Shown here one piece after another: positions 58,141 through 64,000 of a stretch of 64,000 bases of DNA (its first letter is position 1; each line of letters begins with the position of its first letter). The stretch comes from an uncultured Roseburia sp. (GTDB lineage Bacteria > Bacillota > Clostridia > Lachnospirales > Lachnospiraceae): assembly GCA_910587865.1 (NCBI GenBank), contig CAJUNX010000001.1, forward strand, positions 81,398 through 145,397. Reading direction: 5' to 3'. Made by a program: the position numbers and the translations under genes. A model generated the notes under the pieces. That model worked only from the letters and a program-made list of their open reading frames with translations, was not told the origin of the DNA and did not search any database.

Positions 58141-58169
58141 TTGACTTTGACGAAAAAACCGATTATAAT
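58141..58169 (+). promoter_or_regulatory. Sigma-A promoter of hisS-aspS
   Basis: TTGACT-N17-TATAAT. Confidence 0.7.
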
Positions 58170-58226
58170 GGCAGATAAAAACAGCGCGGAACACAAAATC
58201 TTCTGCGCGTGGAAATGAGGGAAGAG

Positions 58227-59483
58227 ATGGGACTGAGCAAAAAGCCGGTAAACGGCATGAAGGATATTCTGCCGGACGAGATGCAGATCCGGGATTATGT
58301 ACAGCAGGTGATCAGAGATACCTACCGCAGCTTCGGTTTTACGCCGATCGAGACGCCGTGTATGGAGAATATCGCGAACTTAAGCAGCAGACAGGGCGGG
58401 GAGAATGAAAAGCTGATTTTTAAAGTGATGAAGCGCGGGGAGAAGTTAAAGATCGGGGAGGCGAAGACGGAGGAGGATTTGGCGGATTTCGGGATGCGCT
58501 ATGATCTGACTGTGCCGCTGGTGCGCTATTATGCGAACCACACGAATGATCTGCCCGCCCCGTTTAAGGCGCTGCAGATGGGCAATGTCTGGCGGGCCGA
58601 CCGTCCCCAGCGGGGCCGCTACCGGCAGTTCATGCAGTGCGACATCGACATCATCGGGGAGCCGGGCAATCTGGCGGAGATCGAGCTGATCCTGGCGACG
58701 ACGACGACGATCGGGCGGCTGGGCTTTCAGAAGTTCCAGATCCGCATCAACGATCGCCGGATTTTAAAGGCGATGGCGGCGTACAGCGGATTTGCGGAGG
58801 AAGAATTCGACACGGTGTTCATTATCCTGGATAAGATGGACAAGATCGGGACAGACGGCGTGAAGCAGGAACTCTTGCACGAGGGGTACGCGGAGGAATC
58901 CGTGGAGAAATATCTCGCGCTGTTTGACGGCATCTTAAAGGCTGAGGACGGGGTCAGTTATCTTGCAAAGGAGCTCTCCGGCTATCTTGATCCGGAGGTA
59001 AAGCAGAACCTGTCTGAGATTATAAAGAGCGTGGAGGGCGCGAAGACGGCGGACTTTCAGATGGTTTTCGACCCGACGCTGGTGCGCGGGATGAGCTATT
59101 ATACGGGGACGATTTTTGAGATCGTGATGCCGGAGCTCGGCGCGGCCTGCGGCGGAGGCGGCCGCTACGATAAGATGGTGGGCCGGTTTACCGGAAACGA
59201 CGTTCCGGCCTGCGGATTTTCGATCGGCTTTGAGCGGATTATCCTGCTTTTGACGGAGGGCGGTTTTACGATCCCGTGCCAGCCGCAGAAGACAGCGTAT
59301 CTGATTGAGAAAAATTATCCGGCGGAGAAGCTTTCCGGGGTGATTGCACAGGCGCAGAAGGAGCGCGCTGCCGGAAAACAGATCCTCGTGGTGCGCATGA
59401 ATAAGAACAAGAAGTTTCAGAAGGAAAAGTTAGCGGGCGAGGGCTATGAGGACATCGTCGAGTTCTACGCCGACCGGGCGTAA
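58227..59483 (+). CDS. hisS: Histidine--tRNA ligase
   Basis: RYDLTVP, WRADRPQRGRYRQFMQCD, LVRGMSYYTG and GGGRYD. Confidence 0.96.
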   Translation: MGLSKKPVNGMKDILPDEMQIRDYVQQVIRDTYRSFGFTPIETPCMENIANLSSRQGGENEKLIFKVMKRGEKLKIGEAKTEEDLADFGMRYDLTVPLVRYYANHTNDLPAPFKALQMGNVWRADRPQRGRYRQFMQCDIDIIGEPGNLAEIELILATTTTIGRLGFQKFQIRINDRRILKAMAAYSGFAEEEFDTVFIILDKMDKIGTDGVKQELLHEGYAEESVEKYLALFDGILKAEDGVSYLAKELSGYLDPEVKQNLSEIIKSVEGAKTADFQMVFDPTLVRGMSYYTGTIFEIVMPELGAACGGGGRYDKMVGRFTGNDVPACGFSIGFERIILLLTEGGFTIPCQPQKTAYLIEKNYPAEKLSGVIAQAQKERAAGKQILVVRMNKNKKFQKEKLAGEGYEDIVEFYADRA

Positions 59484-59577
59484 CGCCGACGGGGCATAAC
59501 CGTCTGTGCGATGCGGGCGGTCAGAGACGGCGGAATGGCGCCGCATGTGAAACATTACGACAGAAACAGAAAGAAGG

Positions 59578-61362
59578 ATGGCTATGATTCAGTCAAGGAC
59601 GCATAACTGCGGGGAGCTGCGGCTTTCCGATGTGGGAAAACAGGTGACGATCAACGGATGGTACGAGAATATCCGCAAGGTCAGCAAAAACTTAGGATTT
59701 CTGATCCTCCGCGATTTTTACGGCACGACGCAGGTCGTGATCGAGACGGAGGAGATGATGGGGGAGTTAGACGGCGTAAATAAGGAATCCACGCTCTCTG
59801 TCGCGGGAACCGTGAGAGAGCGCTCGAGCAAGAATCCGGACCTTCCCACCGGTGAGATCGAGGTGGTGCCGGATAAGATTACGGTGCTTGGAAAATGTAT
59901 CTACAATGCGCTTCCGTTTGAGATCGGCCAGTCGCTTGAGGCCGATGAGAACACCCGGTTAAAATACCGCTACCTGGACCTTCGAAACCCGGCGGTGAAA
60001 AACCGGATGGTGCTGCGCAGCAGGATCGTGGCGGAATTAAGAAACCGCATGAATGAGCAGGGATTTCTGGAGATCACGACGCCGATTTTAACCTGTTCGT
60101 CCCCGGAGGGCGCGAGGGATTACCTGGTGCCGTCGAGAAATCATCCGGGTAAGTTTTATGCGCTGCCGCAGGCGCCGCAGCAGTTTAAGCAGATTTTAAT
60201 GGCATCCGGCTTTGACCGGTATTTTCAGATCGCTCCGTGCTTCCGCGATGAAGATGCGCGGGCGGACCGTTCGCCGGGCGAGTTTTATCAGCTCGATATG
60301 GAGATGGCGTTTGCCACGCAGGAGGACGTCTTTTCCGTGGTCGAGGAGGTGCTGCCGCCGGTATTCGAGAAATACGGCGTGTATCAGACAGCGTCAAAGG
60401 CTCCGTTTGTGCGGATCCCTTACTTAGAGGCCATGGAGACCTACGGGACGGACAAGCCGGATCTTCGGATCGACTTAACGCTCACCGACGCGACGGAGGC
60501 TCTCGGAGACTGCGGCTTCGGCCCCTTTGAGGGACAGACCGTGGAGGCGGTTGTCGTGAGCGGGTTTGCGGCGACCAGGAAGGTGATTGACGGGATCTGT
60601 GCGGAGACCGAGGTGCAGACGGCGAACAAGGCGTACTGGTTCCGGCTCGACGACAAGGGAGCGTTTGTCGGCGGGATTTCGAAGTTTTTACAGGAGCGCA
60701 GAGAGCAGGTGATTCAGGCGTTAAAGCTGAAGCCGGGTGACTTTATCGGGCTTGCAGCAGGGGCGAAGCAGACCGCACTGAAAACGGCGGGCGTGCTGCG
60801 GAAGCTTTTGGGAGCTGCAGATGAGAAGCATATGAGAAAGGAATGTTATGAATTCTGCTGGATCGTGGACTTCCCGATGTACGAGATCGGTGAGGAGTCT
60901 GGAGAGCTGGAGTTCTGCCACAATCCGTTCTCCATGCCGCAGGGCGGAATGCAGGCGTTAAAAGAGCAGGATCCGCTTTCCATCCTGGCGTACCAGTATG
61001 ATCTGGTGTGCAACGGGGTGGAGTTATCCTCCGGCGCGGTGCGTAATCACGACCCGGAGATCATGATCCGCGCCTTTGAGCTCGTGGGGCTCGGCGAGGA
61101 TGATGTGAAGGCGAAGTTCCCGGCCATGTACAACGCATTCTGCTACGGAGCGCCGCCGCACGCCGGGATCGCGCCCGGCGTGGACCGTATGATCATGTTA
61201 ATCTGCGGCGAGGAGAGCATTCGTGAGATTATCCCGTTCCCGATGAATAAGAACGCGATGGATGTCATGATGGGCGCGCCGGCGGCTGTGGAACAGCGGC
61301 AGCTTGACGACGTGCACATTCAGATCCGGATGGAGGAAGAAAAGAATGCAGCCGGGAGCTGA
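59578..61362 (+). CDS. aspS: Aspartate--tRNA ligase
   Basis: RTHNCGEL, YRYLDLR, PEGARDYLVP, CFRDED and PPHAGIAPG. Confidence 0.97.
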   Translation: MAMIQSRTHNCGELRLSDVGKQVTINGWYENIRKVSKNLGFLILRDFYGTTQVVIETEEMMGELDGVNKESTLSVAGTVRERSSKNPDLPTGEIEVVPDKITVLGKCIYNALPFEIGQSLEADENTRLKYRYLDLRNPAVKNRMVLRSRIVAELRNRMNEQGFLEITTPILTCSSPEGARDYLVPSRNHPGKFYALPQAPQQFKQILMASGFDRYFQIAPCFRDEDARADRSPGEFYQLDMEMAFATQEDVFSVVEEVLPPVFEKYGVYQTASKAPFVRIPYLEAMETYGTDKPDLRIDLTLTDATEALGDCGFGPFEGQTVEAVVVSGFAATRKVIDGICAETEVQTANKAYWFRLDDKGAFVGGISKFLQERREQVIQALKLKPGDFIGLAAGAKQTALKTAGVLRKLLGAADEKHMRKECYEFCWIVDFPMYEIGEESGELEFCHNPFSMPQGGMQALKEQDPLSILAYQYDLVCNGVELSSGAVRNHDPEIMIRAFELVGLGEDDVKAKFPAMYNAFCYGAPPHAGIAPGVDRMIMLICGEESIREIIPFPMNKNAMDVMMGAPAAVEQRQLDDVHIQIRMEEEKNAAGS

Positions 61363-61407
61363 TCAATGAAGTGAAAAACAGCCGGTAAAGAATCGGAAAG
61401 GGGCTGC

Positions 61408-61468
61408 TGCAAAGGCAATGTCAGTAAATGAGTGCATCCTGATATTGCTTTTGCATCAGTCTTTTTTT
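61408..61468 (+). terminator. Probable terminator after aspS
   Basis: TGCAAAGGCAATGTCAG / CTGATATTGCTTTTGCA stem followed by a T-tract. Confidence 0.6.
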
Positions 61469-61476
61469 GCAATAGA

Positions 61477-61540
61477 ATAAAACAGGGTATAACAGAATAA
61501 AACAGTTGACAAACAGTTTGCGCTGTTATATACTGTTTAT
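61477..61540 (+). promoter_or_regulatory. Sigma-A promoter with candidate GntR/YtrA operator repeats
   Basis: TTGACA-N17-TATACT (61506-61534), flanked by ATAAAACAGGGTATAACAG and its near-inverse CTGTTATATACTGTTTAT. Confidence 0.7.
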
Positions 61541-61626
61541 CACAGAGGACAGAAGAACCGGAACTTCTGCTTCCGGGCGGGGAACCGCGGGAGCTCTGCA
61601 TAATGCGCAGATGTGGAGGAACACTA

Positions 61627-62003
61627 TGAAAATTATCATCAATCACTCGTCCATGCAGCCGATCTACGAGCAGGTAGTGGATCAGGTGAAGCGGCAGATC
61701 CTTTTGGGAGAAGCTGCGGAGGGGGAGGCCCTGCCGAGCGTGCGCTCTCTGGCGAAGGATCTTCGGATCAGCGCTCTGACCGTCAAGAAAGCGTATGATT
61801 TTCTGGAGGGGGAAGGGCTGATCGCGACCGTGCACGGCAAGGGGAGCTTCATTCTCGGGGCGAATGAGTCGCTGATCGCCGAGGAGGGCCGGCGCGATGC
61901 ACAGACCTGCATGGAGCAGGCGGTGGCGAAAGGCAGGAGCTGCGGCATGTGTGATGACGAGCTTCGGGAGATGCTGGAGCTGCTGTTAGAGCCCGAAACC
62001 TGA
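61627..62003 (+). CDS. GntR family regulator, YtrA subfamily
   Basis: PIYEQV, LPSVRSLA..TVKKAY and GKGSFI; short C-terminus; RBS GGAGG. Confidence 0.92.
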
Positions 62004-62187
62004 GCGTCGGAAGTCACAAAGCCCAAAAAAGCGCCGGTGATCCGGGCAGGAGTCCGGGACCGGAATCAGAAGGCATCTCAGAAGGTTCCGGGGGTCGGCG
62101 GAGAGGCCGGTGCGAAAGCCCGGACGGGCGAACCGGCAGCGGACGCGCCGGCGCCGCGGAGCATGGACAGGATGAGGAGGACAAAAC

Positions 62188-63039
62188 ATGTTACGTTTAC
62201 AATCAGTCAGGAAACATTACGATGCGTTTGACCTGGACTGTTCCCTGGCGGTAAAGCCCGGGATGATCACCGGTCTGATCGGTGCGAACGGGGCCGGGAA
62301 GAGCACAACCTTTAAGGCGATACTGAATCTGATCCGGATCGACGGAGGGGAGATCACGATCTTCGGAAAGCCGCACACACAGATTACGGCAGGAGACCGG
62401 GAACAGATCGGCGTGGTGCTCTCGGATTCCGGGTTCAGCGGGTATCTGACCGTTGCGGATGTGACTGCGGTGATGCGCCGGATGTATCCGGGTTTTGACC
62501 GGGATGCATTTATGGGACGCTGCCGGCAGTTCGGGATTCCGTCGAAGAAAAAGATAAAAGACTTTTCCACCGGAATGCGGGCGAAGCTGAAACTGATCGC
62601 AGCGATGTCCCACAACGCGAAGCTTTTAATCTTAGATGAGCCGACCGCGGGGCTGGATGTGGCGGCCAGGGAGGAGCTGCTCGCCCTGCTGCAGGATTAT
62701 CTGGAGGACAGGGAGGAGCGATCGGTTCTGATCAGCTCGCATATCTCAAGCGATCTGGAGAAGTTCTGCGACGACATTTATATGATCTGCGACGGAAGAA
62801 CGGTACTGCACGAGGAGACCAATATCCTGCTGGATGAATACGGCATTTTAAAGCTGAATGAGGCGCAGTATCACGCGCTGGATCAGACTTATTTTAAGTG
62901 GAGGCGAAAGGAAAGCTTCGGCTACAGTGTCCTGACGGATCAGCGGAGCTTTTATCAGGAGAATTACAAAGACGTGGTGACGGAAAAGAGCGGGATTGAC
63001 GATATCCTGCTGATGGCGATAAAGGGGGAGCGGTTATGA
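62188..63039 (+). CDS. ABC transporter ATP-binding protein (YtrB-like)
   Basis: GANGAGKST, FSTGM, LILDEPT and ISSH. Confidence 0.93.
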   Translation: MLRLQSVRKHYDAFDLDCSLAVKPGMITGLIGANGAGKSTTFKAILNLIRIDGGEITIFGKPHTQITAGDREQIGVVLSDSGFSGYLTVADVTAVMRRMYPGFDRDAFMGRCRQFGIPSKKKIKDFSTGMRAKLKLIAAMSHNAKLLILDEPTAGLDVAAREELLALLQDYLEDREERSVLISSHISSDLEKFCDDIYMICDGRTVLHEETNILLDEYGILKLNEAQYHALDQTYFKWRRKESFGYSVLTDQRSFYQENYKDVVTEKSGIDDILLMAIKGERL

Positions 63040-63689
63040 GAGGAATGCTGGTAAAGGATTTCAGGATGTTGTGGATGCAGAAGCAGTTTTTTGCTGTCAT
63101 CGTCGTACTTTCGGTTTTTCTGCTGTTTTCCGGGCAGGCGGTATCGTTTATCATTTGTTACTGTACGGCAATGGGAATGTATTTGTCCCTGAGTATGATC
63201 ACTTATGACGAGTATGAAAACGGTTATGCGTTTTTATTTACACTCCCGGTCAGCCGCAGGGGATATGTCATCGAAAAGTATGTGTTCAGTGTGATCTGTA
63301 CTGTCGTGATGTGCGGTCTGTCAGCGACGGTATGCGGGATAGCTGAATGGATCAGACAGCCGGAGCTGAATGTGGCTGAGCTGATTCTGACCGCGGTGTC
63401 CGGTATGTTCGCCATGCAGAGCTTATTTGCAGTCATAGTGCCGTTCCGGCTCAAATTCGGCGCCGAGAAGGGCAGGATCGTGATCATGATTGTCACGGTT
63501 GCGATGTTCGGCACGATCATACTGACTGCACAGGTGGGAAAAATGGTCCCGGCGCTTCGGGAGACTTTGCAGCAGCTCGGCAATGTGAGCGGTCCCGTGC
63601 TGTGTGCGTCTATGATTCTGGCTGTTCTGGCCGTGATGGGGATTTCCGTGCCGGTCAGCATCCATATTGTTGAAAAAAAGCAGTTTTGA
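63036..63689 (+). CDS. ABC-2 type permease
   Basis: ATGA-coupled; TLPVSRRGYVIEKY motif; 6 TMs. Confidence 0.88.
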   Translation: MRGMLVKDFRMLWMQKQFFAVIVVLSVFLLFSGQAVSFIICYCTAMGMYLSLSMITYDEYENGYAFLFTLPVSRRGYVIEKYVFSVICTVVMCGLSATVCGIAEWIRQPELNVAELILTAVSGMFAMQSLFAVIVPFRLKFGAEKGRIVIMIVTVAMFGTIILTAQVGKMVPALRETLQQLGNVSGPVLCASMILAVLAVMGISVPVSIHIVEKKQF

Positions 63690-63853
63690 GGACGAATTTC
63701 CATATATTTATCGTTTTTCCGGCATTTTACGCGGGTTTAAGGCTTTACAAATTCCGAAAAACATAGGATAATGTAGACGATAACATATTGTGTACCGGAG
63801 GCCGTGAGAAGTGTACGGCGGCAGCCGTGCAGATGCTTGGGTGAGGATTACAT

Positions 63854-64000
63854 ATGGAAATCAGACGAATAGGAGAAAATCAGATCAGATGCGCCCTGAC
63901 GGAGGAGGAGATTCACAGCCTCGGGTTTGACATCGATGAGATTATTGCGAACAGCGAGACGACCCAGCAGTTTATGCGGGTGGTACTCGGGCTCGTCGAG
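63854..64000 (+). CDS. MecA-family adaptor protein, N-terminus only (window edge)
   Basis: MEIRRIGENQIRCALTEEEI resembles the MecA N-terminal motif; RBS GAGG. Confidence 0.7.
   Translation, partial: MEIRRIGENQIRCALTEEEIHSLGFDIDEIIANSETTQQFMRVVLGLVE

Noticed and set aside
58170..58226. T-box or riboswitch leaders before hisS (also checked ilvE, purE, metH)
   Set aside because: The leaders are too short or lack the T-box (TGGNACC), purine or SAM-I signatures
61506..61626. N-terminal extensions given by the ORF track (also at 18932, 20150, 29417, 40226, 54330)
   Set aside because: They run through promoter regions or upstream genes; better RBS-supported starts lie downstream

Overview
A GC-rich (roughly mid-50s %, estimated by eye) chromosomal window from a spore-forming, probably motile Clostridia member that looks like Lachnospiraceae. 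It is mostly core genome on the + strand: thrE pair, spoVAA/AB/AC, pyrE, purE, a permuted GH3, MATE, ilvE, folC, eno-secG-rnr-smpB-tmRNA, a two-component system, cheV, hisH/hisF, ung, mnmA, a radical SAM enzyme, a MetH-like methyltransferase, two MBOAT modules, an MNT-HEPN toxin-antitoxin pair, a LacI-controlled pentose operon, hisS-aspS and a YtrA/ABC operon. I see no prophage, IS transposase, integrase or CRISPR array. The best candidate for an undescribed system is at 14.5-18.8 kb: two exported serpins with different bait loops, an ECF sigma factor and a membrane anti-sigma factor, behind a TGCAAC-N16-CGTC ECF-type promoter. It could be a protease-sensing, protease-inhibiting circuit. Other signals: a ~40-bp double hairpin inserted in frame in a frameshifted AAA/PD-(D/E)XK gene; a ~106-bp structured element with terminal inverted repeats; short duplications of gene 3' ends (ung, mnmA, metH, hisS); repeat-derived in-frame insertions in core enzymes; and a SigG-like promoter before enolase. 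All family assignments come from motif recognition by eye, not database searches.
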